From IMG/VR virus record IMGVR_UViG_3300022864_000001, positions 52,029-116,028 of that record: a DNA stretch of 64,000 nucleotides; one strand, written 5' to 3'. Both the position numbers and the translations under genes were made by a program. The notes under the pieces were generated by a model that worked only from the letters and a program-made list of their open reading frames with translations, was not told the origin of the DNA and did no database searches. Shown here piece after piece: positions 20,238 through 29,646 of the stretch; the first letter of the stretch is position 1; each line of letters opens with the position of its first letter. The DNA is from a virus.

Positions 20238-20473
20238 TGGTAGAATCCTTTCGCAGACATGTCGCGCTTGCTTGGATCGTCATGCCCATCGCACGCTAGG
20301 AAGATTGCCCAAACTGCCCCATTCAATGTCCCTGAAAGGTCGTACAGGTCTTCGCTGAACTTGAAGGCGCCAACAATGTTCTCGGCATGCCTTTCGGCCC
20401 ACTTCTGGAACTCGGCGGCGAGCGGGGCCATTTCTTCTGAAGGGCTTTCTTTGCCCCCAATAGGGTTAGCCAT
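20201..20473 (-). CDS. Hypothetical protein
   Basis: SD AAGGAG upstream of MANPIGG. Confidence 0.55.
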   Translation of the reverse strand: MANPIGGKESPSEEMAPLAAEFQKWAERHAENIVGAFKFSEDLYDLSGTLNGAVWAIFLACDGHDDPSKRDMSAKGFYQWLDEMEARAKN

Positions 20474-21258
20474 CACATATTCTCCTTTACAATTTCCCAA
20501 AATCGCCCTGCGCTGTTCTCCAGGGCAGCAGGGTCATTCTCTAAATACCATTGCGACCCGATTAAGCCATTCAAGATTAACTCACATCCTGCGGCATCGG
20601 CCTCCACCACGGTTCTTCCAAAGCCATCAAGTACACGTGGCAGATACAGGAACTTCTCATAACCCGCCATTAGCTTAGGAACATCATCGTACCCAACGGG
20701 CCCGCGATACCACACATACTGTTCTTGACTCGGTATCGCCGTACCAGCACCATAGAAGTGGACAATCTCTTTGTGCGCCCTGGCCCAATGTACAGCCTCT
20801 AGAGTGCCCTTGTGCCGGTGCATTGCCCCAATCCAGATAATCCCTTCTCGCCTAGTGCTCCGTCTAGCAGCTTCTCTGAACCGCCCCAAGTCTACTGGCG
20901 GCGGGACGACTTCTGTTGGCACGTTTACAGGATACATGAAGTAAGACCCGTGAACCGGACTGTTGAAAATAACAACTTTGCTGTTGCCAAGAAACCACTC
21001 GCGTAGTTCGTCGTCACCTTCTGGCCACTGATCCCTTACCGATTTCACGACAGGTCTTTGTACAAAGCATTCGATGGCCGACGCATCGTATTCAGTCACA
21101 TTCAGGGCAACGTAGGCGCCTACATCTGCCGCAATATCGTTTGGCGGGCAGGGAACAATTTCTGCCCAAGCAGGAGCCGCGGCAACAAGGGCGTCGCCAG
21201 AAAGCTCAGCGCCGCCGCGGAAACCAACTACCCCGTCCGCTACCCATCCTATGCGCAT
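20473..21258 (-). CDS. Glycosyltransferase family 4-like
   Basis: GGAE, HKG, DGFGRTVVEA..AGC. Confidence 0.85.
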   Translation of the reverse strand: MRIGWVADGVVGFRGGAELSGDALVAAAPAWAEIVPCPPNDIAADVGAYVALNVTEYDASAIECFVQRPVVKSVRDQWPEGDDELREWFLGNSKVVIFNSPVHGSYFMYPVNVPTEVVPPPVDLGRFREAARRSTRREGIIWIGAMHRHKGTLEAVHWARAHKEIVHFYGAGTAIPSQEQYVWYRGPVGYDDVPKLMAGYEKFLYLPRVLDGFGRTVVEADAAGCELILNGLIGSQWYLENDPAALENSAGRFWEIVKENM

Positions 21259-21605
21259 GTTTGCCCAAACCGAGCTTCTGGAATATCAAGTTTCAGCAAG
21301 TCTGTTGAACCATATCGGTCAATGTGTATCTGTACAATGTTGTCGCGCTCAGCACGAATCACAATGTGCGAATCCCGGTAAGTGGCGATGCCAAGACTCT
21401 CTAGCTGGTTAAATAGCTCCTCGCGACTAATGCCTATTATGGCCGTCGTGCCAATATGGTCAACGCGTATCCGCACAATTTCTTCGTTGATGCTAAGGGA
21501 AATCTCTACACACCGTGTCTCGTAGGGAACAATGCCCCTTCCCCACAACCAATAGATGAACTCCTGGCCCAATATGGGGTCTGCGCGCGTGTCTGTTTCA
21601 GCCAT
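21249..21605 (-). CDS. Hypothetical protein
   Basis: SD GGGAG; weak internal duplication. Confidence 0.55.
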   Translation of the reverse strand: MAETDTRADPILGQEFIYWLWGRGIVPYETRCVEISLSINEEIVRIRVDHIGTTAIIGISREELFNQLESLGIATYRDSHIVIRAERDNIVQIHIDRYGSTDLLKLDIPEARFGQTCA

Positions 21606-21626
21606 CTAGTGACTCTCCCTACAATC

Positions 21627-21863
21627 TCAACTTCTCAACCTATGACTATTTGATTCATGAGACCTCGCCCACCTCGTTACAGCGGCAACACGGCCGTCAT
21701 TCTCTTGTTGTTCAGGATGCTCTTGAGCCTCGTACTCAGCATCGTCAACGGCATCATCAATAGCATCGCGTTCTGCGTCGCTAACTTCTAGTTCTTCGTC
21801 TGTGACTTTGGCCCATGCCTTGTTGCCCTGGCGGGGCCCAAACCCGTAAGTGCCTGGTGTCAT
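21627..21863 (-). CDS. Hypothetical acidic protein
   Basis: ATGA overlap with the tail terminator gene. Confidence 0.5.
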   Translation of the reverse strand: MTPGTYGFGPRQGNKAWAKVTDEELEVSDAERDAIDDAVDDAEYEAQEHPEQQENDGRVAAVTRWARSHESNSHRLRS

Positions 21864-22282
21864 GTTATGACGCTCTCCGCCCAAATTACATTAAATGCCG
21901 CCCACGCGTACGGCCACCCAAATTCTTTCTCATACATTATCGCAGGCCCGCCCACCAGGAAGGCTTGCATAATTCTCCTCGTCGTGGATACTGATTGCAG
22001 CCCTGCCCTATGTAATGCGTTGAATAGTTTTCTATAAATTTGCCAAGCCGCGAGGGGCGTTGAGCCATATGCGTATATATCATTACGCTCCGTATATACC
22101 GGAACGCTAATCTCTGCAATCGCGCTGCTAGGGATGAGTAGTACGGCATCCCGCGGCATACTGGAAAACTCATCGTCAGGCAATTTTGCTGCCCAGATAC
22201 GATTTGACACAGCAGTCGCCAATGTAGAATCGCTTAGCAAAAATGTACGCAATAACGCAGGCGTGTTAATGAGATCGGTCAT
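21860..22282 (-). CDS. Tail terminator / tail completion protein
   Basis: 140 aa, LRTFLL...VSNRI...LP; typical position after the gp10-like gene. Confidence 0.75.
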   Translation of the reverse strand: MTDLINTPALLRTFLLSDSTLATAVSNRIWAAKLPDDEFSSMPRDAVLLIPSSAIAEISVPVYTERNDIYAYGSTPLAAWQIYRKLFNALHRAGLQSVSTTRRIMQAFLVGGPAIMYEKEFGWPYAWAAFNVIWAESVIT

Positions 22283-22728
22283 TTGGCTAACTTGCCCGCG
22301 AGCACATGGTAAAGTCTCTTGGCAACATTACTGAACCCTTGCACGGCTGCTTGACTCGACGGATAGAGCCACGGGTAAATATATCGATTTCCTTTGTGGC
22401 TCTGCCACCCCAGTTCGAGATCGACGTCGTAGGTTTGTCCGCCAGGCAACTTACTGAATACAGCAGCCTCAGCCAGGTGCTCAGTATCACGTATTACAGC
22501 CATCCCGATAGCGTCCCGCAATTGGCCTGTGTCCACATTCGGGAGAAAGCCCGGCCAGGTTTTGTGCGGATGTGGGCCTGGGCCTACCCCCGGCGAGACA
22601 TTGTGCTTGGCTTGTGTTTGGACGGCTTTAGCAAGCTCTGTGACTACAGCTCGGGCGTACTTACGGCCCCCAAGCTTTAACTCCGCGGTATTTAATTGCA
22701 CCGTAACGCTGCCAGCGATTCTTGTCAT
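22279..22728 (-). CDS. HK97 gp10-like neck / tail-completion protein
   Basis: VDTGQLRDAI, LELG, YPWLYPS. Confidence 0.8.
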   Translation of the reverse strand: MTRIAGSVTVQLNTAELKLGGRKYARAVVTELAKAVQTQAKHNVSPGVGPGPHPHKTWPGFLPNVDTGQLRDAIGMAVIRDTEHLAEAAVFSKLPGGQTYDVDLELGWQSHKGNRYIYPWLYPSSQAAVQGFSNVAKRLYHVLAGKLAK

Positions 22729-22753
22729 GGATTATCTACCTTGCCCACGATAC

Positions 22754-22782
22754 ATTTTACCACAGAAGCGATAACTTGTCAA
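22754..22782 (-). promoter_or_regulatory. sigma70 promoter re-initiating the late operon downstream of the GIY-YIG insertion
   Basis: Minus strand TTGACA-N17-TAAAAT with extended TG. Confidence 0.75.
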
Positions 22783-22823
22783 GTGGGAGATACGAGATGT
22801 TTTGCACGCTTGTACTCTGCGAT

Positions 22824-22852
22824 TTGACAAAATATCGATTATGGTGTATACT
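22824..22852 (+). promoter_or_regulatory. sigma70 promoter for the antisense HTH/GIY-YIG cassette
   Basis: TTGACA-N17-TATACT; ATG only about 10 nt downstream (near-leaderless). Confidence 0.75.
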
Positions 22853-22861
22853 ACCAGCACT

Positions 22862-23071
22862 ATGAATAAACAAACAAACCTCGTTACGACTGCGCAAGCT
22901 GCTACCCAACTGGGCCTCACCTACTATCGCGTGATACAATTCATCCACGGTAGTCGTCTCCCCGCCGTGAAGCTGGGACGAGACTGGCTCATCCAACAGA
23001 AAGACCTCGATAAGTTTGCGGCTATCCCCCGTAAGACGGGAAGGCCGAGAAAGGCGAAAAATGATGGCTAA
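22862..23071 (+). CDS. Excisionase-like HTH (HTH_17) DNA-binding protein
   Basis: LVTTAQAATQLGLT...I..SRLPAVKLGRDWLI...DL; C-terminal AT-hook-like GRPRK. Confidence 0.85.
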   Translation: MNKQTNLVTTAQAATQLGLTYYRVIQFIHGSRLPAVKLGRDWLIQQKDLDKFAAIPRKTGRPRKAKNDG

Positions 23072-23993
23072 CAAGCGTCGCCGCCGCCCTATTGTCTGTG
23101 GTGTCTACGAGATAAGAAATCTAACCACACAAAAACGATATGTTGGAAGTTCAAAGAATATTTTCCGTCGTTGGCAAGACCACAAATCTAGATTGGTTCG
23201 TGGTTTCCATCACTCGAAATACTTGCAGCGCGCCTGGTACAAACATGGGGCAGCAGATTTTGTACTCTCCATTCTAGAACTGGTTGATAGCGAGACCCAC
23301 CTAATAGGGCGAGAACAATATTGGATGGACACCCTGCAATCCTTTGAGCGCGACAAGGGCTACAATGCTGACCCCATTGCTGGCAGCGAGCAGGGCATTA
23401 CTGCCAAGGCCATTGGTTCCAATCACGGCCTGACAACGTTGACTGAGGCACAGGTAGCGATTATTAAACAGCGCCTTGCCCTTGGTGACACCCTGAATAT
23501 GATTGCTAAGGATTATGGCGTTTGTTTTCAAACCATTAGCAATATCAAGCGCGGGCTTGTATGGCTACATGTGCCCAATCCCATACTAAGCGATGCCCAG
23601 AGACAAGAAGCAACAAGCCGCCACAAAAGACTGCGCAGTCTTCTAAGCCCCAAGACCAAGCTCGCCGAAGAAGACGTTATCGAAATTCGGCAACGCGCTG
23701 CCGCAGGCGAAACAGGCGTTTCCATCGCTAAAGACTACCCCGTTGGCTTTGGAGCAATTTGCGCCGCTATCAGCGGCAAGACTTGGAAGTCCACGCCAGG
23801 GCCCATCATACCTGATAGGAAGCGCGGCGAGGGTTCATCCTATGCCAAACTTACCGCTAAGGCTGTCTGCGAAATTAGATGCAGGCTAAAGAATGGCGAA
23901 TCCGCGGGGTCCATTGCCAAAGATTATCCGGTAACAAAGTCCGCTATCGGACGCATAAAACTAGGACAAACATGGAGACGCCTTATCTGTTAG
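23061..23993 (+). CDS. GIY-YIG homing endonuclease with three C-terminal HTH-like repeats
   Basis: CGVYEIRN...YVGSSKNI..RW..H; LT/LA...V..I+...A..Y.V....I..I..G..W occurs three times. Confidence 0.88.
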   Translation: MMANKRRRRPIVCGVYEIRNLTTQKRYVGSSKNIFRRWQDHKSRLVRGFHHSKYLQRAWYKHGAADFVLSILELVDSETHLIGREQYWMDTLQSFERDKGYNADPIAGSEQGITAKAIGSNHGLTTLTEAQVAIIKQRLALGDTLNMIAKDYGVCFQTISNIKRGLVWLHVPNPILSDAQRQEATSRHKRLRSLLSPKTKLAEEDVIEIRQRAAAGETGVSIAKDYPVGFGAICAAISGKTWKSTPGPIIPDRKRGEGSSYAKLTAKAVCEIRCRLKNGESAGSIAKDYPVTKSAIGRIKLGQTWRRLIC

Positions 23994-24388
23994 GGCACGG
24001 CCCTGTTGCAATAAACTTCAAGGTGCGAATCTGATCTCGCGCCAGTTCTTACAGCGACTAGCTCCGCGTTCAGGGTTAGCGCGCCATACGGTGAACTGCT
24101 AAATACAAGCCGGGCTTGTTCGCCGAACGTTGGCGCACCCGAGGAGTATGTGTCGCTATCCAGAGCTATGAACACCTGAAATTCTGCGGCCACCATCTCA
24201 CCCCTCGTGGGCGAAAAAACCTCCCACGGGCGGCCTGCTTCAAGGGTCCTAAGTCTACACTTTACGTCTGCCACCAGAGTGCCCCAAACTTTTACCGGCT
24301 GTCCAAAGTCGTCGTCAGCAACGGTCGTCCACGTCTCTATCGTACACTTGTGCGGCAGAATGGCCTTAAACCAACGACTTGTGCCCAT
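23990..24388 (-). CDS. Head-tail adaptor / head closure protein
   Basis: LPHKCTI...DDFGQP...W...VKCR, C-terminal HLEVYC. Confidence 0.75.
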   Translation of the reverse strand: MGTSRWFKAILPHKCTIETWTTVADDDFGQPVKVWGTLVADVKCRLRTLEAGRPWEVFSPTRGEMVAAEFQVFIALDSDTYSSGAPTFGEQARLVFSSSPYGALTLNAELVAVRTGARSDSHLEVYCNRAVP

Positions 24389-25239
24389 CAGAACCTATTC
24401 CAATAACTGCGGTATTTGTATTCCTCAATGATGAGGCCCACATCGTATGGGGCGGCCTCGCGTATGTCACGGCTGAGGAAAAATCCCATCGCTTGCTCAA
24501 AATCACCCTGCCTGACACGCGACACGCCTATTGTTTCCGCGTAATTGAGCAGAAAAACAACCCACCCGTTAGCCGCCCTCGTGATAGGCCCTTCCACGAG
24601 CCAGATACTAATCGCGTCGCCGTTGGCGTGAGCGGCAGCGGTCGTGCCGTTGATCCCCCGCGTGACAGTTAGCACTTCAGTAGTGGTATCTCGGTCCGTG
24701 ATGAGCATCTGCTCGTCGTTGACCTTGATTGTTTGGCGTGTAGCAAAGACGGCAGCATCGACTACGGTAACACTAGTCACGGCAGCGGTAATACCACCAA
24801 CGTCCTGTACCGTATCGCCGCTATCGGGCCAGGAGTTGCTATAGTCGGTGGAATAGCCCCATTTGCCTGCCAACGACAATGCCCTTTGCAGCGAACCTGA
24901 CCACTGGAACAGCGTGCCCGTATCGGTGCGGATATGCAGGCGTCGGTACGGAGGGCCGTTGAGTGGGTAAGTATAGAAATCCGTGCCATCGACAAGCACA
25001 TCGTCGTCCCCATTGGTGAACGTCGTGACAGCCAAGAGGTCGCGGTCTAGAATAAGTCTCCAATGGTCCTGAAAGTCGTAGTATCTGGTGCTAGACAGCT
25101 CATAGAAGAACCTATGCGTAAGAGCGTCTATCTCGCGGCTTACGACGGGTATGAGAGCCGAGATCGCCGAGTCGTCGTCTGTCCCAGATATGCCTGCGTA
25201 TAATTTTGCAGAGGCCAACGTGGTGTAGTCACTAAACAT
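24388..25239 (-). CDS. Head-tail connector (gp6-like) with an inserted beta domain
   Basis: YTTLASAKLY...DDSAISALI..VSREID...HR.F; G.WGY; insert ...LTVTRGINGTTAAAH. Confidence 0.8.
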   Translation of the reverse strand: MFSDYTTLASAKLYAGISGTDDDSAISALIPVVSREIDALTHRFFYELSSTRYYDFQDHWRLILDRDLLAVTTFTNGDDDVLVDGTDFYTYPLNGPPYRRLHIRTDTGTLFQWSGSLQRALSLAGKWGYSTDYSNSWPDSGDTVQDVGGITAAVTSVTVVDAAVFATRQTIKVNDEQMLITDRDTTTEVLTVTRGINGTTAAAHANGDAISIWLVEGPITRAANGWVVFLLNYAETIGVSRVRQGDFEQAMGFFLSRDIREAAPYDVGLIIEEYKYRSYWNRF

Positions 25240-25248
25240 AGTCTATCC

Positions 25249-25728
25249 TCAGTCGTCGGGTTTGCCATCCAGAGACGCCAGCGCCGTGTCTTCCAGGGCC
25301 TCTTGGGCCGCTTCGTCAGCAATCTCTTGTAATGCCACTACGAACCGATTGTCCACAGCCGCTTGCACGTCAGCTTTAGTAATACGTTCGTTGCGTCCCG
25401 TGCCCGTAACTTGACGCAAATCTATCGAGAATTCTCCTGCGAGCTTTCTTGCCGCCGCGGTGGCTTCTGGTTCGTCGGGTTCAGGAATGACAGGGACTTC
25501 TGTATCCAACGTTACAAAGCCCTTCTCGACCAAGCCGCGAGCATACCGGCCACCAGCTACAATAACAATTTCGTCAGGCTCGACCCAACCTATAGCTTTG
25601 TGGTCAGGCCCGGCCAGGACACTCCTGACGAGTACCCTCACTCTTACGCCGCGTGTTTCTTGCTTCTTCGGTTTCGCTAGGGCGTTGATTCCGTCTACCC
25701 ACTGCTGGGGTGTCATTCTCTTGGGCAT
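25249..25728 (-). CDS. Head-region protein with an E3-binding (PSBD) domain
   Basis: ATAAARKLAGEFSIDLRQVTGTGRNERITKADV matches the 2-oxoacid dehydrogenase E2 peripheral subunit-binding pattern. Confidence 0.8.
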   Translation of the reverse strand: MPKRMTPQQWVDGINALAKPKKQETRGVRVRVLVRSVLAGPDHKAIGWVEPDEIVIVAGGRYARGLVEKGFVTLDTEVPVIPEPDEPEATAAARKLAGEFSIDLRQVTGTGRNERITKADVQAAVDNRFVVALQEIADEAAQEALEDTALASLDGKPDD

Positions 25729-25906
25729 CTAGTGTCTCCTCTTGGCCATTGTGCGTTTTGTTATCAAAAGCGTCACATTCAGTGTCTCACGTAAGGGGTT
25801 GATTGTGTGTGCAATATGTTGCCGAAAACGGCACGCCTTGCACACATTGTCAACAAATCAATCCTGGTTGTTTGCAGATGCTTACCCAACAGGCAACATC
25901 CTGCAC

Positions 25907-26731
25907 TCATGAGTCGCGACGATACCAAAAGTTAAAACGCAATACCTCGTCATCGCCGGCCGCATCATTGAGGTCTTGGGCATCGGTCAAGAACCATACG
26001 AAGTACAACGTACTCAGGGGGTGGAAATGTACGGGTTGGTTGTAGACGAATACGCTGCCGCCATTGGCGTCAAACCGCCAATCCCCCGCGGCTACGGTTA
26101 TTTCCCCAATTATCGTAACCCTATCAGCAGCGGTCATTAGCGTGTCCCCTACGGCTATTGTTGGATTAGCATCAAAGATGTATAGAATCCCCGCGCTGTC
26201 TTGAACTGCCCCGGCGCCGTCCTCGGTGGCGTAGAAACCAAAGTTCACGATTTCGCCACTGTGTGTCCCGGCCAAGGCTACGCCAACCGAACCCCCATAA
26301 TCATCAGTGTTGACCTCTTCATCAATCCCGACCAATTCTGTCAGTCCCCCCTCTAGCAAAGCCGAAAATGGCTGAGTGTTCGCCACAGACATGCCCGCGG
26401 AATTTAGCACACCCTTGCCAGTAATCGTGATTGTGCCTGCGCTATAGATACTGACGCGGCAGCGGAATTGACTTTCCCCTGCTATGGGGAGATAGAACAG
26501 GCCATCAGCAGTCGCGGTGGTTGATCTCACTCCTGTAGTGCGATTTATGGCCTCAACAGAATACCAGGTAGTCCCATCGATAGTAGCCTCAAAGGTTATC
26601 GTGTCCCCGCTTATGCCCTCTATCTGAAAGCCCACGCCCGCGATGCCGCCCGCGTCTATGGCGGTGCCATTCCCAACGCCCGTCGCAGCAGCCTGGAATG
26701 TGCAATTAAATGTTGTTACTTGATCTGCCAT
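25907..26731 (-). CDS. Putative virion structural / decoration protein
   Basis: Beta-rich, Gly/Thr-rich; TITFEATIDGTTW motif. Confidence 0.6.
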   Translation of the reverse strand: MADQVTTFNCTFQAAATGVGNGTAIDAGGIAGVGFQIEGISGDTITFEATIDGTTWYSVEAINRTTGVRSTTATADGLFYLPIAGESQFRCRVSIYSAGTITITGKGVLNSAGMSVANTQPFSALLEGGLTELVGIDEEVNTDDYGGSVGVALAGTHSGEIVNFGFYATEDGAGAVQDSAGILYIFDANPTIAVGDTLMTAADRVTIIGEITVAAGDWRFDANGGSVFVYNQPVHFHPLSTLYFVWFLTDAQDLNDAAGDDEVLRFNFWYRRDS

Positions 26732-26748
26732 CAGTTATCTCCCTACTA

Positions 26749-27444
26749 TCATTCATGCCACTGCCGAATCTCTGGAAGTTCCCAGTTGCCTGCCCAAGCC
26801 CAGCCATTTCTGTGTTTTTGCCTACCAACATTCTTCACCCGTGGCACAGCGGGATAAATCTCATACAGCCCATTGTCCTGCACGTGCCTCAGTATATGCT
26901 TGTCCCAACTTACGCCCGGTAGTGCCCATCCGACTTTCTGCCACCTGTCTTTCCACGTTGCCCATCCCCACGGATGGAAAAAACATCTTCGCCTTGCGTC
27001 CGCCCAATGCCTCTCGCTATGAGCAGCAAGTTGATCAGGCGTCATTGGTTTTGTGCCGGGCCGATGATAGGCTGTGACAGAGAAGACGGTTGCGTCCCGT
27101 TCGTATTCGTCTAGTGCCCACTCAAAATATCTTAGACTATCTGGCCCTGGTATACAATCATCCTCAAGAACAATTACTCGGTCTCTTTGCGCAAAGACTT
27201 TCGTTAGCGCCTGCTGCATGTTCAGGCGAATGCCCATACGCTGTTCGTTGAAGAACCAGTGGTGTGCCCTAAAGAAGCCTGCGTCGCGTGCCCATTCAAG
27301 ATGTTCGATAACCTCTGGCGGCCCAGGCTCAACAAATGCCCAATAGGTATACTCGCCTACGCCGTCGCATCTGGATAGTGCCTCAAGCAACTGGCGCGTG
27401 AAGCCGGGCCGATTATACAATGTAGACACAATGACGTTATCCAT
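26749..27444 (-). CDS. GT-A fold glycosyltransferase
   Basis: YNRP, VIVLEDD, WGWATWKDRW, SWD, RVKNVG. Confidence 0.85.
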   Translation of the reverse strand: MDNVIVSTLYNRPGFTRQLLEALSRCDGVGEYTYWAFVEPGPPEVIEHLEWARDAGFFRAHHWFFNEQRMGIRLNMQQALTKVFAQRDRVIVLEDDCIPGPDSLRYFEWALDEYERDATVFSVTAYHRPGTKPMTPDQLAAHSERHWADARRRCFFHPWGWATWKDRWQKVGWALPGVSWDKHILRHVQDNGLYEIYPAVPRVKNVGRQKHRNGWAWAGNWELPEIRQWHE

Positions 27445-27557
27445 ATATGAGATGCCACAGCAACAACGCCAACAGGACAGTCAACGGAAGCGTGCCTATA
27501 GCCACAGCAAACACCTGCCGCCAAAACGGCGAGATTAGTTGCTTGCGCGATCTGTTT

Positions 27558-28316
27558 CTAGCCACTTCTATCCTCATAATGTCCCGTGACACAGGCCCTC
27601 AGAATCAGAAGCCCAGACAAATCATCTTGTACAACAAAGCGCATCTTGTCTTCATCCTCTGCCCTCAATACAGTATCCCGCCCAAATTGCAACGATATGG
27701 TCAGGAACGTATTCGTTCCATCGTGAATGGCATTGGTTAACTCGGCACGTGGAAACCATAGCCAATCTGCAAGCTGCTTGAACGTATTTGAGAACGTTAC
27801 CCCGCCAGCGTTGATGCGCTGATAGACTAACCCGCTTGCCAAACTCACGCCCAATAAATCGTCATACGCAATTCCCGGCAGTGTGCCACCTGCCTCGTCG
27901 GTATCGTACGCAGCGGCGACCGAGATTTGCATGTTAGTTAGCCACAACCAAGTGCCCTTGTCAGCTTCTAGGCAAAACTCAATCGGCGTTCCTGTCTGCT
28001 CGAACTGAATATCATCCAGATAAAACTTGGGCGACTTGCCTTCTTTGGCAACGATGCGTATTCTCAGAGCGTCTATCGTCCCCGATATGAGACCCATATC
28101 TGTCAGGGGGATAGCCAACTTTATCCACGTGTCAAAGTTGCTCCAGTCAAAATAGTCTTCTAAGTTGACTGCTGTCCCGATAACCGCGCTTGTTCCTGTA
28201 TCCCACCCATATACTTCAATGCTGTCGCCATTCTTCCAGTCTTTGTCTACGTAAATCCACGCACTGAGCGCAACATAGCCCGAAACTGTTAGGTTGCTGC
28301 CCTTGTCAAATTGCAT
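27558..28316 (-). CDS. Putative structural protein with a carbohydrate-binding-like jelly roll, probably 5' truncated
   Basis: SAWIYVD, W.KLAIPL.D, FYLDDIQF, DDLSGL. It starts abruptly inside the iscB remnant with no clear SD. Confidence 0.55.
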   Translation of the reverse strand: MQFDKGSNLTVSGYVALSAWIYVDKDWKNGDSIEVYGWDTGTSAVIGTAVNLEDYFDWSNFDTWIKLAIPLTDMGLISGTIDALRIRIVAKEGKSPKFYLDDIQFEQTGTPIEFCLEADKGTWLWLTNMQISVAAAYDTDEAGGTLPGIAYDDLLGVSLASGLVYQRINAGGVTFSNTFKQLADWLWFPRAELTNAIHDGTNTFLTISLQFGRDTVLRAEDEDKMRFVVQDDLSGLLILRACVTGHYEDRSG

Positions 28317-28702
28317 AACATCGTTGACGGCGGCAATCTTCCACTGCGCTTGCTAGAAGCACGATTGTTGAACCTCGGCGGACGATACCACTTTCTGCTG
28401 CGTCGCGCACGCCTGTTGGCCCGTCTGGCATCCATCTTTTTCTTGATGTCCAGGCGATGTCTCAATATGCCTGACATCAAGACTTGCCCATTCCCTACGC
28501 AACAAAACCCGGTGTGGTGACTGCCTTTGTCAACCCCCAATGTTACATCTTGCACATTCTCTTCGCAATCCCAGGTTAGTTGGATTGTGAATGGCTCGCG
28601 GTTGACTACGCGGGCTTTACCAGCTTCTAGTAAGTGACGCGCTTTAGCTGGCTTGCAGGGCATTAATTTGTTGCCATTCTTGTTGATTACGTATACTAAC
28701 AT
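28289..28702 (-). pseudogene. iscB: Truncated IscB (IS200/IS605 OMEGA nuclease): PLMP + RuvC-I + bridge helix only
   Basis: VYVINKNGNKLMPC.PAKARHLL..GKA, PFTIQL, LGVDKGS, RRANRRARRSRKWYRPPRFNNR, RLPPS; similarity ends at about residue 125, with no HNH or RuvC-II/III. Confidence 0.85.
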
Positions 28703-28709
28703 TCTGTCC

Positions 28710-28928
28710 TTACGACCTCCGTTAGTTAGAGTGAGTTGCTCCTCGCGGCTGTTAAGTAGGTTTGTCGCGCCTAGCACACATTCGCCTTTCGACTACCCTT
28801 AATGCTAGGCCACAGAGCTGAAAGCTGGAACAACACTCGCAGGTGTGATAGCCTACCTAACTTCTGCTACAAAGTAGCCCGCTGTTGGCCCCATACCCAT
28901 GTCTGTCTATAGGTTTAGGGGCCATTAC
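28710..28928 (-). ncRNA. omega-RNA (HEARO-like) scaffold upstream of iscB
   Basis: About 220 nt non-coding, directly 5' of iscB; TGGCCCC/GGGGCCA first stem; TCACACC, TCCAGC, GCTCTGT, AAACC, GCGAGGAG elements typical of these RNAs. Confidence 0.7.
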
Positions 28929-29007
28929 TCTTTCTACACATGGTAGATGAGCTATTCTTCGTTAGAAACGTCACCGCCCCCCGTTGGCGGGCGTCGGGCT
29001 GGAGATG

Positions 29008-29625
29008 CTATCTCCAGGGGGGTTCAGCAAGCGCCGCTGTCTCACAGACGGGGGCTGCGGTTGCCGGATGGGGGTTGGCACAGCAACCCACCAGTTCTGC
29101 TTTTGCCTGCTCCCAGGGCACGGTCTCGCCAGCTCTATAGGCTTGCACGGCCTCACGTGCGGCCTGGGCGTCTTCCAGGTCTTCAAGTACCTCAACGAGA
29201 GCGTGGGCTAGTTTTCTATGTAGGCTAACCCGATATGGCGCCCTTGCCTTTTTTAGCGCCTGGTGAGCAGCGTCAAGCTGCATGAAACAAGCCTCACACC
29301 TCGCAATCATACCCTTGCTATCCGTGATGTCATAGATTGAAGAGGCCGCAGCAATATACACATCATAGTCGCGGTAAGCCTCTTCAATGCCGCTAAGGGC
29401 ACGGTCATACTCTTCATAAGCAGGCTCAGTAGCTAGGCGATAGCGAGCCCTGTCTGGGCCGTGCAATAGATGCGAAGCAATCCATCCTACATTCAGCCCC
29501 AGTTCAGCAGCCCGCAACATATTGTCCAACGTTACTTCTGCGCCATCAGGCCACTCAGATTCAAACGTGAGAGCCTCGTCTTCCCAGGTATTGTGCTCCC
29601 GTAGAAACCCCGATGTGATTTTCAT
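29008..29625 (-). CDS. Phage protein with a C-terminal RelB/Phd-type antitoxin-like segment
   Basis: C-terminal LEDLEDAQAAREAVQAYRAGETVPWEQAKAEL. Confidence 0.55.
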   Translation of the reverse strand: MKITSGFLREHNTWEDEALTFESEWPDGAEVTLDNMLRAAELGLNVGWIASHLLHGPDRARYRLATEPAYEEYDRALSGIEEAYRDYDVYIAAASSIYDITDSKGMIARCEACFMQLDAAHQALKKARAPYRVSLHRKLAHALVEVLEDLEDAQAAREAVQAYRAGETVPWEQAKAELVGCCANPHPATAAPVCETAALAEPPWR

Positions 29626-29646
29626 ATTCCCCTCAACGTTGTCTAA

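Noticed and set aside
22862-23071. Excisionase implying an integration module
   Set aside because: No integrase or att-like context nearby; it is coupled to a GIY-YIG gene and better explained as that cassette's regulator.
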